DNA of 64,000 bases. Origin: an uncultured Nitrospiraceae bacterium (GTDB taxonomy: Bacteria > Nitrospirota > Nitrospiria > Nitrospirales > Nitrospiraceae). A model generated the notes under the pieces. That model was given only the letters and a program-made list of their open reading frames with translations, had not been told where the DNA came from and did not search any database. The stretch is from NCBI GenBank assembly GCA_963730935.1, contig CAVSTP010000002.1:512001-576000 (forward strand). Reading direction: 5' to 3'. Below, piece by piece: positions 20,333-28,747 of this stretch (its first letter is position 1; each line of letters starts with the position of its first letter). Made by a program: the position numbers and the translations under genes.

Positions 20333-21844
20333 TCACAGGCTCCGATCGATGAGGTATTGGACCAACAGCCTGGTACCGATGCCGGTCGGCCCTTTTGGAA
20401 TATAGGCCCGTTCCCGCTCGCTCCAATCGGTGCTGGCAATGTCGATGTGCACCCACGGACCGTCGCCGGCGAACTTGCTCAAAAATAGAGCTGCCGTGAT
20501 CATGCCGCCGCCGCGTCCGCCGATGTTGCGCATGTCGGCGACGTCGCTGCGCAGTTGCTCGAAATACTCTTCCCAGAGAGGCATTTCCCACACCCGCTCG
20601 CCGGATTTTTGGCCGGACTTCTGCACTTGCGCCTTCAATTTGTCGTCGGTGCCGAACATGCCAATGGCAAACTGGCCGAGTGCAACCACACAGGCGCCGG
20701 TGAGCGTTGCAATGTCGAGCAGCGCAGCGGGATTGTAGCGTTGGGCGTAGGCAAGGGCATCGGCGAGGATCAACCGGCCTTCCGCGTCCGTATTCTGTAC
20801 TTCTACCGTTTTCCCCGACAGCGTCTTCACAATGTCCCCCGGTTTCATCGCACGTCCTCCCGGCATATTTTCCGCCACCGGCAGGATGCTGACCAGACGC
20901 ATAGGTAACCGAAGGCGAGCAGCCGCTCTGACCGCGGCAAGGACTTCGGCGCCGCCGGTCATGTCCGCCTTCATGTGTTCCATGTTCTCGGCGGGCTTGA
21001 GCGAGATCCCTCCGGTGTCGAATGTGATCGTTTTCCCGATAAAGACCACCGGGCGCTCGTCTTTTTTCTTCGCTCCGTTGTATTCCAGAATAATGAACTT
21101 GGGCGCTTCATGGCTGCCGCGGGCGACGCCCAAGAGGGCGCCCATGCCCAGCTGCTCCATATCTTTTTGTTCGAGAATCTTCAGAGTCAGCGCTTCCTCC
21201 TTCGCAACTTTCTTGGCTTCGTTCGCGATGCGAGTCGGCGTCATCACGTTCGACGGATGGTTGCAGAGGTCGCGCACGAGCACGGCGGCTTCCGCCGTTG
21301 CCAGGCCGCGACGAATGCCTTCCGACAAAGGCCGCAGCTGAGCTTTCTGCTGGGTCAGGATGGTCATCCGTTCAACATTGGTCGGCGTGCCGTTGTCGCT
21401 CCGATAGGCGGTGAATTGATAATTCCCAAGAATCGCGCCTTCCGTCATTGCCTGTGCCACCTCGAGCGGAGTCTGCCCTTTGGGAGTCACCGCGGGCACC
21501 ACGGCGGCAAATGAATCGACTTTGCTTTGGCGCACTCGTTTCACCGCATGCCCCAGCGCTTGGCGAATCCCGTCCAAGGTCAGCTGGTGCTTCTTTCCTA
21601 ACCCGACCAACAGGAGACGTTTGGCAGGCACCTTGCCATGCGTGTGATAGACCAGAGCTTCTCCGGCTCTCCCCTCAAACTCCCGTGACTGCAGCAAGTC
21701 ACGCAAGGAGCCCCCGAGGACTTTGTCGAGACCGGACGCGTCCGGCCTGCTCAGAGGCTCTCCTTCACAATGCGTGACTACGAGCAGTTCTGCCGCTTCC
21801 GTCTCAGCAAGACCCACTTTCGTGTCGATCTGCATCATCATCAT
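20333..21844 (-). CDS. pepA: Leucyl aminopeptidase (M17)
   Basis: GKTITFDTGG, MKADM, NTDAEGRL, ATLTGA. Confidence 0.96.
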   Translation of the reverse strand: MMMMQIDTKVGLAETEAAELLVVTHCEGEPLSRPDASGLDKVLGGSLRDLLQSREFEGRAGEALVYHTHGKVPAKRLLLVGLGKKHQLTLDGIRQALGHAVKRVRQSKVDSFAAVVPAVTPKGQTPLEVAQAMTEGAILGNYQFTAYRSDNGTPTNVERMTILTQQKAQLRPLSEGIRRGLATAEAAVLVRDLCNHPSNVMTPTRIANEAKKVAKEEALTLKILEQKDMEQLGMGALLGVARGSHEAPKFIILEYNGAKKKDERPVVFIGKTITFDTGGISLKPAENMEHMKADMTGGAEVLAAVRAAARLRLPMRLVSILPVAENMPGGRAMKPGDIVKTLSGKTVEVQNTDAEGRLILADALAYAQRYNPAALLDIATLTGACVVALGQFAIGMFGTDDKLKAQVQKSGQKSGERVWEMPLWEEYFEQLRSDVADMRNIGGRGGGMITAALFLSKFAGDGPWVHIDIASTDWSERERAYIPKGPTGIGTRLLVQYLIDRSL

Positions 21845-21921
21845 TCGCCGTTCCCTTTCTCTCTTTGTTCCATGCCCTGTGTATTTGTCAGATTCTCAGA
21901 GCCTCTTCACGCCGTTATCCT

Positions 21922-22557
21922 TTATACCCCACGCATGTCGGGTGCCCAAATCAACTTATGGAGCTGCAGCTGCAGTCGAACGGGCAGCCGGTCCGCCAAC
22001 ACCCATTCCGCCAACTGCCGCGGATCCAGCGAGCCGAAGACGGGGCTCATGAGGACGGTGCAGCGGGTCGCCAACTCGTGCTGTTCGAGCACCTGACGCG
22101 CCCATTCATAGTCGGCCCGCTCTGCCAGCACGAACTTGGCTTCGTCCTTCATGGTCAACCGATCCAGATTCGGCCAGTGCATCCTGTCCGACATGCCGCT
22201 GCCGGGGCATTTCACATCGAGAATCACATGGGCCCGCGTATCGACGGTGGCGGTATCGATGGCACCGCTGGTTTCGATCAAGACATCATACCCTCGCTCA
22301 CAGAGCTTGGTGATCAGTGGAAAGGCTTCCGATTGCGCGAGCGGTTCGCCGCCTGTGATTTCCACGAGCCGGCAACCATAGGACTCGACCTTCCCGAGAA
22401 TGTATTCAATGGACTGTTCACTTCCTCCATAGAAGGCATATTCCGTATCGCACCAGGTGCAGCGCAGCGGACAGCCGGTCAGCCGTATGAAGACGCAGGG
22501 CTGCCCGACAAAGCTCGATTCGCCTTGGATGCTATAAAAAATCTCTGTAACGCGCAT
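21922..22557 (-). CDS. queE: 7-carboxy-7-deazaguanine synthase (radical SAM)
   Basis: EIFYSIQGE, CPLRCTWCDT, TGGEP, QLHK. Confidence 0.93.
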   Translation of the reverse strand: MRVTEIFYSIQGESSFVGQPCVFIRLTGCPLRCTWCDTEYAFYGGSEQSIEYILGKVESYGCRLVEITGGEPLAQSEAFPLITKLCERGYDVLIETSGAIDTATVDTRAHVILDVKCPGSGMSDRMHWPNLDRLTMKDEAKFVLAERADYEWARQVLEQHELATRCTVLMSPVFGSLDPRQLAEWVLADRLPVRLQLQLHKLIWAPDMRGV

Positions 22558-22558
22558 G

Positions 22559-23269
22559 TTAGGTCCAATCCACAACCGGCCAACCTCGACCGCGTGCAAT
22601 GCGCCGCATGCCACGGATCGGATTAACGACCACCGGGTATCCTACGAGCGTGAGGATTTCCGTGTCGCCCGGGCTGTCGCCGTAGGCAAACGAGCTCGCC
22701 AGCTCGAGACCTTTTTCCTGAGCATGCGACACGATGAGCTGCCGCTTTCCGGTCCCGTAGGGGAGGGGAGGAACGACCGCGCCGGTATAGCGGCCGCCGA
22801 GACGCTCCAACCGCGCCGCAAACAGCGTAGGGACGTTCAATGCGGCAGCAAGCGGTGTAATCAGGAAGTCCGGTGCTCCGGAGATCAGAATGAGCTGATG
22901 ACCTGATTGCCGATGCGCCTCCAGCCGCTCTCGGCCTTGGCGGGACACTGCCCGCAACATTTCGTCGTGAAAAAACTCACGGGCGCAGGCCTCGATCAGG
23001 GACGGATCCTTTTCTTCCAAGTACACCTTGCGCTCGCGCAGGGGATGTATCGAGACGGATGGTCCCTGTCGGACCAGCCAGACGAGGCTTCGCCGCAATT
23101 CGCGCCAGCCGACCAACCCTCTTCGCCACAGATAACGGAAGAATCGCACCTCGCAGGCCTCTCCCGGGATGAGCGTGTTGTCGACGTCGAACAGTGCGGC
23201 GAGCGAGGCCGGAGAGACGGTTGTGGCGGCCCGGATGAGAGAGGGATGTAAGTCGTGATAGCCGTGCAT
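22559..23269 (-). CDS. HAD-IB family hydrolase (SerB-like)
   Basis: FDVDNTL, ISG, GK, YGDSPGD, VVNP. Confidence 0.88.
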   Translation of the reverse strand: MHGYHDLHPSLIRAATTVSPASLAALFDVDNTLIPGEACEVRFFRYLWRRGLVGWRELRRSLVWLVRQGPSVSIHPLRERKVYLEEKDPSLIEACAREFFHDEMLRAVSRQGRERLEAHRQSGHQLILISGAPDFLITPLAAALNVPTLFAARLERLGGRYTGAVVPPLPYGTGKRQLIVSHAQEKGLELASSFAYGDSPGDTEILTLVGYPVVVNPIRGMRRIARGRGWPVVDWT

Positions 23270-23325
23270 GGTATTGAATTAATCGGCGAGCAATCGACGG
23301 CCAATCTTACAGAACAGACCGTTGA

Positions 23326-23355
23326 TTGACAAGGATTTTGGCCTACTTCTATAAT
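23326..23355 (+). promoter_or_regulatory. Sigma70 promoter for tRNA-Leu(GAG)
   Basis: Consensus TTGACA-18 bp-TATAAT. Confidence 0.8.
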
Positions 23356-23393
23356 GCCGTTCCCTCGTAGAACAGGACTAGTCGAAACTCCGG

Positions 23394-23515
23394 GGCCCGT
23401 TCAAGATGCCCTTGAACGAGGCCGCAGAGAGCCCTGCGAACGAGACGGGCGCGGTTGTTACGTCGCAGTGAAGCAGGCGACCGAGAACGAAGTTGAAGGG
23501 CCTTTTCAGCGGGCC
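23394..23515. repeat. ~122-bp MITE/REP-like element with imperfect 24-bp terminal inverted repeats
   Basis: GGCCCGTTCAAGATGCCCTTGAAC ... GTTGAAGGGCCTTTTCAGCGGGCC (19/24 match); non-coding. Confidence 0.6.
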
Positions 23516-23519
23516 TGAG

Positions 23520-23603
23520 GCCGAAGTGGTGGAATGGCAGACACGCACGTTTGAGGGGCGTGTGGCGCAAGCCGTGCGGGTTCAAGTCCCGCCTTCGGCA
23601 CCA
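23520..23603 (+). tRNA. tRNA-Leu (anticodon GAG); integration site
   Basis: GCCGAAG/CTTCGGC acceptor stem, CACGT-TTGAGGG-GCGTG anticodon arm, variable arm, GTTCAAGTC, ACCA. Confidence 0.96.
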
Positions 23604-23605
23604 AT
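23587..23605 (+). repeat. att core (tRNA side)
   Basis: TCCCGCCTTCGGCACCAAT, identical to 33021-33039. Confidence 0.92.
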
Positions 23606-23617
23606 TCTTCTTTCCTC

Positions 23618-24790
23618 TTAATTCGTCAGTGCGTTAGCGAACTGCGATTTGGCAGGTGTTACGGGGGTGTTAATGGCAGCGTCGAGCCGAGCCATGGCTG
23701 AGTCCAACCGCTCGGCATTCACCGCGCGATACCGGAGGAACATCTCGACTGAGGAATGCCCCACAATCTTCATGATCGTTTCGGTATCGACTCCGGCATC
23801 CGCCAGGTTGGTAACGGCGCAGTGTCGCAGATCATGAAAGACAAAATCCTTAATCCCCTGTTCTTGGCAGAGCAGCTGAACCTCTCGGTACGTGTGATTC
23901 AGTTTCTGTCCATCCCTGGTAAATACAAGCCCCTGGATGCGCATAACGCCATCCTGCGACCTCAACCGCTGTAGTTCCCGCGCAGGGGTCGGGGTAATCG
24001 GTACCGTGCGTTCCTGGCCGGTTTTGGTCAAATGGCCAGGCAGGTAGACTCGACCGCGTTCCACGTCGACCCAATCCCACGTCAAGGTGAGAATCTCTTC
24101 CAGTCGCATCCCTGTGTGATAGCCGGTCAGGAGTACTGGCTTGAACCAGCCCGGTGCAGCACCGTAGAGCCGTTCCCATTCCTCTGGTTCCAAGACTCGG
24201 TTTCTGGCGTTCTTGGGCTTCGGGGCGGCCACTAATGAAGCGACATTGCGTGTGATAAGGTCTCGCTTCATGGCCTGCTTGAGCATGTGTTTCAGGATAT
24301 TGTGGTCGACATTCACGGTCGCCACTGCCCGGGCTTGGCCTCGTTCCTGCCTAAACGCCTCCACATGCTTTGCGGTCAAACTTGGAAGCAAGGTGTTTCT
24401 CCCAAAGAAGGGGACAAGCACTTCCTCAATCCGCTGACACCGTTCTTTGTACGATCGTAGCCGCCTCACTTCTTCAATCTGGAGGTATTCCTCCGCCCAT
24501 TGCCCGAACGTGCTCACGTTGCTGGCCAGGCGTTCACTCATCATGGCCCCGGCAAGGAGCTTCCCCTTGATCACGGCTTCATGCTGACGGGCAATCGTCT
24601 TGTTCCCACAGCCGACCTTCCAGCGCTTCAGCTTTGCCCCAGGCATACGGTAAACGAGCGAGAGCCGCTCGCCGTCGTCCACCACGAAAAACTCGACGTA
24701 ATAGGTCCAGGTCTTCGGACACGCACATTTCAGCCCCTTCGCTCCATTCGAACATCTTCTGGCACACTTACCCCTTCGTGTCAGACCCAT
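23618..24790 (-). CDS. int: Tyrosine recombinase/integrase
   Basis: Catalytic set TGMR..E, TKTG, HDLRH, VGH, RY all present. Confidence 0.95.
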   Translation of the reverse strand: MGLTRRGKCARRCSNGAKGLKCACPKTWTYYVEFFVVDDGERLSLVYRMPGAKLKRWKVGCGNKTIARQHEAVIKGKLLAGAMMSERLASNVSTFGQWAEEYLQIEEVRRLRSYKERCQRIEEVLVPFFGRNTLLPSLTAKHVEAFRQERGQARAVATVNVDHNILKHMLKQAMKRDLITRNVASLVAAPKPKNARNRVLEPEEWERLYGAAPGWFKPVLLTGYHTGMRLEEILTLTWDWVDVERGRVYLPGHLTKTGQERTVPITPTPARELQRLRSQDGVMRIQGLVFTRDGQKLNHTYREVQLLCQEQGIKDFVFHDLRHCAVTNLADAGVDTETIMKIVGHSSVEMFLRYRAVNAERLDSAMARLDAAINTPVTPAKSQFANALTN

Positions 24791-24998
24791 GATGACGCCC
24801 TCCCTTCTGTGGTTGGCCCACCAGTTGGTTAAGAGTGACTCCTAGCGCTCGACACAGCTTCAGCAGGGTAGAGAGCTGCGGGTCCAGCCGGCCAGTCTCC
24901 ATCTTCACGATGGACACATAATGCACACCGGACAGTGCGCCAAGCTTGCGGACGGTCAAACCCCGCTTCTCTCGCCATATCTTCAATTGTGTCTGCAT
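24768..24998 (-). CDS. XRE-family HTH regulator
   Basis: LKIWREKRGLTVRKLG..SGV...SIVKMETG..DPQLSTL..LC.ALGV pattern. Confidence 0.88.
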   Translation of the reverse strand: MQTQLKIWREKRGLTVRKLGALSGVHYVSIVKMETGRLDPQLSTLLKLCRALGVTLNQLVGQPQKGGRHHGSDTKG

Positions 24999-25004
24999 GG
25001 GATC

Positions 25005-25033
25005 ATGGTAGTCTTTTAGCTATCAACAGTCAA
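25005..25033 (-). promoter_or_regulatory. Putative promoter for a leaderless xre-int transcript
   Basis: Minus-strand TTGACT-17 bp-TACCAT; ATG follows after 6 nt; no SD. Confidence 0.55.
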
Positions 25034-25258
25034 GGGTGATTGTATGGAAAGCGAACGGCGAACCTTTACAGAATGCGAGTTAATCCATTTGTCGATTTCG
25101 CCCCGGTCGAACTTGGTTAACCGGCCAATCTTCACGAAGGGAATGCGGCGTTGAGAGACCATCGTGTAGAGCGTATGCACAGACAAGCCCGTGTAAGTGG
25201 CGACTTGCTGGATATCGAAGAGCCGGGGGGCTATGGAGTCGTGGTCAGCCTGTTTCAT
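25016..25258 (-). CDS. Excisionase-like HTH_17 DNA-binding protein
   Basis: FDIQQVATYTGLSVHTLYTMVSQRRIPFVKIGRLTKFDRGEIDKW; GGAGA RBS. Confidence 0.85.
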   Translation of the reverse strand: MKQADHDSIAPRLFDIQQVATYTGLSVHTLYTMVSQRRIPFVKIGRLTKFDRGEIDKWINSHSVKVRRSLSIQSPLTVDS

Positions 25259-25414
25259 CGCAGGGTCTCCGTTTTTTACTCTCCACCCCAAGCTGGGATT
25301 CAGCTTCCACTATCAACTTTCCCCGCAACGACACGTTATTGGTGCTCTAGCCACGTTCAAGCCGCTCCTTGTTCCCCCTGCGGGCGGGTAAATTTGGGAT
25401 TAAAAAAAGAATTC

Positions 25415-25942
25415 TTATCCGTTTGAATTACACCCCTCGCCATGTGGTGAATGGTCCTTGGACTGCTTCACTTTCACGGGTTTGCCTAACTCATTCTCGG
25501 CATCCATGATGATCTTAGCTAAAATTCCAATGTTTTCTGTGGACTGTCCTCTCGACAGCCGGCCCTGCATAGCCACTTGCGAAAAGGCATAGGCTCGATT
25601 GTTCAAACTCGCCTTTTGTATCGCTTCCTCGTCTACCAAAGAGGCAATCAATCGCTCTTCAACGACACTAAGCAGTGCAGGCCGGATCTCTTCAAATTGC
25701 TCTACGCGCTCAGGGTCATGCGTTAAGGCGACCAGTTCGCTCAATGCACGGTAAACAGAGGACTTCGGAGCTCCTAACTGCTCAGGGATCTCCTGATATG
25801 ACAGCTTGTTTAATACTCTCAACCGATAGGCTTTCAGCACATCAAAGTTATACCGCTTAAGGTGAGGACTCTGTTTCGTTGCTGTTTCAACTGAGGGGAG
25901 GACTTCAGCCGCGTCCCACACCGTCTTTTCCTTATGTGACAT
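25415..25942 (-). CDS. HTH protein, putative small terminase-like
   Basis: HTH (LSYQEIPEQLGAPKSSVYRAL), helical middle, RLSRGQSTENI C-terminal motif; AAGGAG RBS. TerS identity is inference. Confidence 0.5.
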   Translation of the reverse strand: MSHKEKTVWDAAEVLPSVETATKQSPHLKRYNFDVLKAYRLRVLNKLSYQEIPEQLGAPKSSVYRALSELVALTHDPERVEQFEEIRPALLSVVEERLIASLVDEEAIQKASLNNRAYAFSQVAMQGRLSRGQSTENIGILAKIIMDAENELGKPVKVKQSKDHSPHGEGCNSNG

Positions 25943-25954
25943 TCGCGCTTCTCC

Positions 25955-26335
25955 TTATGTCCTAGACGTGCCACTGTCCAGACTGTCGTGTTCTTCAACC
26001 ATGATTTCCCTTTCACCCACCGCACCATGTTTCTCAAACGCCTGGCGCGACCGCAACCTGTCAGACCTTATCCAGCGGGGTAACCCTTGATATTCCGTTA
26101 CGATCCAGAATGAAGCCGTTGGGCTGGTACCGACGATTGCGAGGAATTCTGGCTTCACGCCGCCGACAATGCGACCGTCGGCTTGCTCCCAATAGATTTC
26201 CCGCGCCGTCGGTGAGGCTGGTTCGATCACGATATCGCTAAACGTAACCGACTCTTCTATCAAACGAGTGGTCGGCTCCTGCTTCAGTCTGGCAAGAATC
26301 TGTTTGGCGCGATGTGAAAGATTCCGGTCCATCAT
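25955..26335 (-). CDS. Hypothetical protein of the element
   Basis: Co-oriented with neighbours; AGGGGG RBS-like sequence upstream. Confidence 0.6.
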   Translation of the reverse strand: MMDRNLSHRAKQILARLKQEPTTRLIEESVTFSDIVIEPASPTAREIYWEQADGRIVGGVKPEFLAIVGTSPTASFWIVTEYQGLPRWIRSDRLRSRQAFEKHGAVGEREIMVEEHDSLDSGTSRT

Positions 26336-26355
26336 GGGTTATACCCCCTACATCT

Positions 26356-26453
26356 GGAACACATGGAACAAGCGGAACACGCTATAACGCATTGAGATTG
26401 TTTCACGCTCTCTGGCTTTCCTTGCCTCATGTTCCACTTGTGACGGATGTTTC
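26356..26453. repeat. Putative iteron-type replication origin
   Basis: GGAACA x3 at 26356/26365/26374; inverted TGTTCC/TGTGAC/TGTTTC at 26430/26439/26448; both arrays have 9-bp period. Confidence 0.6.
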
Positions 26454-27830
26454 CGGGATATAACGCCTTACCAGATCATCGATCTGTTCACGGTTAAAGA
26501 CATATCCTCGGCGGTTATCTTTCCCCACTTCCCGAAATCGTGTCGATTTCAGTCCTAGAGGGTGAAGTCGGCTTGATAGCGCCTTGGGGGTCAGAGACTC
26601 CCACGCCAACCGGACGCGCACCTTTTCCGCGAGATCATGGGTGGTCACTCTGGCTTCCGTTCCAAGCAAGAGACATTCGTTCAATACTTCGATAATCCCG
26701 GGGATGGTATCGTCGGCTGAACGTGAAGCACGCTCGCCGCCAAGGCGCTCGGCCAGACAGATCATTCTGTTTGTCAGTGTGCCGGCGTTCTCGCTCGCAT
26801 CAATTACCGCCCCAATCGAGAGTAGCGGCTCCCACAGATCGACAGCCCGATAATCGAGGGCGGACAGGCCAGAAAATTCGGCTTCGTCGTACAGTTCTGC
26901 GATGGTCGCAGCCGTCGTTAACGCGAAAATATACAGATCATCTCGGAGAATCTGGGCTTCGTGATTGAGCCGTCGAAGGCTGAAACGTTCAGTCGTTTGT
27001 CCATGGAGAAGCCGCTGCATCATCACCATGATGCTTCGATCCTCTAAGGTCGTTTCGAGAGCAGATATCGATGCAATGGCTCGAGGGACATATGTCTCGA
27101 ACACCTCCTTTTGCTGTCCCTGATTGGCTTTCTTGTACCGTGTCACGACGCCCCCTTTATGAAATCCAGCATTGAAAACGGCGGTCACGGCACTCCATCG
27201 TTCTTTGTCGCCGGTCATGCCTTCCAGTTCATCGTAAATTTGGACCCCGCCATCTTCGCGCGGCTCCCTGAAAATCTGCGCTTCCGTTGGCGACGCCGTT
27301 GGCTAGTGAGCGTTAAAGCCCAGGAGGGCTATTAGATCGAGTGTTCGACTTTTCCCGCAGCGCTTCTCGGGGGAACGAAGGACCAGGTACGGGAAGTACT
27401 CAAAGATCGAGTAGCAGTAGGTTCCCGCCAACCAGAGAGCTAGCAAAGCCGGATGGTCATCACCCATGACAACGAACCGTCGAATGAATGCTTCCAGTCG
27501 TTGCATAAGATCAGGGCCGTTGATCGCATCACAGCGTAGGAATCGCTTGATGCCATCTTTTGAGAAGCGGACATTCGTCAAGCCGTAATTCACTGCGCCA
27601 AACTGTTCCGCTGACAGAATTTCTCGGTTTGCACAAATGGCATAGGGGCGGCCATCGATCATGACTCCAACACTGAACATCCCGTTTCGATAGTCCTGGG
27701 GCAATCGAGGGGGTAATGTCGTGTCCGGCCCTTCAAGCAGGTATCCAAAGCGTTCGAGGGGTGATCTAGTGGTTCCGCTTAGTAACGGTACTGTAGCCAG
27801 TTGTTCCACATCCTCAAGACTATGCTGCAT
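26427..27830 (-). pseudogene. DUF3631-like P-loop replication protein with one in-frame TAG at 27303-27305
   Basis: ORFs 27303-27830 and 26427-27218 share a frame; read-through gives SPEKRCGKS (Walker A)...NAH*PTASPTEAQIFR...QIYDELEG (Walker B)...TLEDRSI. Confidence 0.8.
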
Positions 27831-28326
27831 GGTGGACCGTCCTTTCCTGAAATGCTCTCACTCTGAGGTCATCCGCGACGGTTTCGAGAAAGTCTGCGCG
27901 GTCCTGGTCACTGTAGGCGCGCCCAATGGCATTCATTAGCCGGTCAAGCTGCTTCTCGCTCAGCTTGTCGATGGTGAAACGGGCTACGGCATTCAGAACG
28001 CGGTCAGCCCGGAGCCGTCGATCCAGTGCAGCGAGTTCAAACCGAAACGCCACGCCATTAAGATCGGTTTTCGGAGGTCGAGGCAGTGAGCATTGTCGCG
28101 GTGGGACCCGACTATCTATGAACAGATCGGCCATAGTCAGCCCCAGAGCCGCGACTACGTCCTTTGTCTCGCACTGCGCATGACAATGAACGAGGATTCG
28201 GTCGTTCCCTTCGGCAATGGATAAGGAAGGACTTTTGTCTGTATGAACAGGGCATCGGGCCATGTATTTCCCGCGTCCACTAGATCGCACACATTGCAGT
28301 AAACCAATGAAGCCAGCCGCCGTCAT
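27820..28326 (-). CDS. CHC2 zinc-finger (primase zinc-binding domain) protein
   Basis: ARCPVHTDKSPSLSI...LVHCHAQC...LGLTMADLF; ATGA overlap with upstream gene. Confidence 0.85.
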   Translation of the reverse strand: MTAAGFIGLLQCVRSSGRGKYMARCPVHTDKSPSLSIAEGNDRILVHCHAQCETKDVVAALGLTMADLFIDSRVPPRQCSLPRPPKTDLNGVAFRFELAALDRRLRADRVLNAVARFTIDKLSEKQLDRLMNAIGRAYSDQDRADFLETVADDLRVRAFQERTVHHAA

Positions 28327-28523
28327 GTGCCCACCTCTGTCGCACTGGCGATTCCATCGTTTCCATGAGGCCCCTTCGCCCATTGCAGCAATTCCACCAG
28401 ATTGAACCGCTTACTCTTGCCAACGCAGTAAACGCCAGGCGTACTCAATGGCAGTCGATACAACTTGGTTTTTGACACGTTGAGAGTCCTACTAGCAGTA
28501 GTGACATCAACAAGCGGCTCCAT
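28323..28523 (-). CDS. AlpA/excisionase-like small HTH protein
   Basis: LVDVTTASRTLNVSKTKLYRL...VGKSKRF...ELLQW; AAGGAG RBS. Confidence 0.75.
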   Translation of the reverse strand: MEPLVDVTTASRTLNVSKTKLYRLPLSTPGVYCVGKSKRFNLVELLQWAKGPHGNDGIASATEVGT

Positions 28524-28550
28524 GTGAATTGCTCCTTGGTTGGGTGAGAG

Positions 28551-28600
28551 AAAAAACACAAAAGCCCCGCTTCATGGCCCAGAGGCCACAAATTGGGGCT
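28551..28600 (-). terminator. Intrinsic terminator in the leader of the replication operon
   Basis: Minus strand AGCCCC...TGGCC-loop-GGCCA...GGGGCT then TTTGTGTTTTTT, just before the RBS. Confidence 0.7.
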
Positions 28601-28717
28601 ACATCGACGACTTGGCTGCGGTTTACAGGGTTTTGCACAACGGCGTCCACGGTTTTTAACCGGGGAAGCCGCAGATTGCGGGAGGCCCGAAAAGTTACTA
28701 ACTAAGCAATTCTGCTG

Positions 28718-28747
28718 ATTCTACCATGTCTGCTGAACAGATGTCAA
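28718..28747 (-). promoter_or_regulatory. Sigma70 promoter of the element's leftward operon
   Basis: Minus-strand TTGACA-18 bp-TAGAAT with TGn extension. Confidence 0.7.

Noticed and set aside
27303..27305. Amber codon as pyrrolysine or genetic-code reassignment
   Set aside because: No pyl genes in the window, and TAG ends other genes here, including the adjacent CHC2 gene; nonsense mutation is simpler.
28612..28675. Leader structure as a tRNA or c-di-GMP riboswitch
   Set aside because: Stem ends in CCA but there is no proper D-, anticodon or T-arm; the GCAAA-like segment lacks the rest of the riboswitch consensus.
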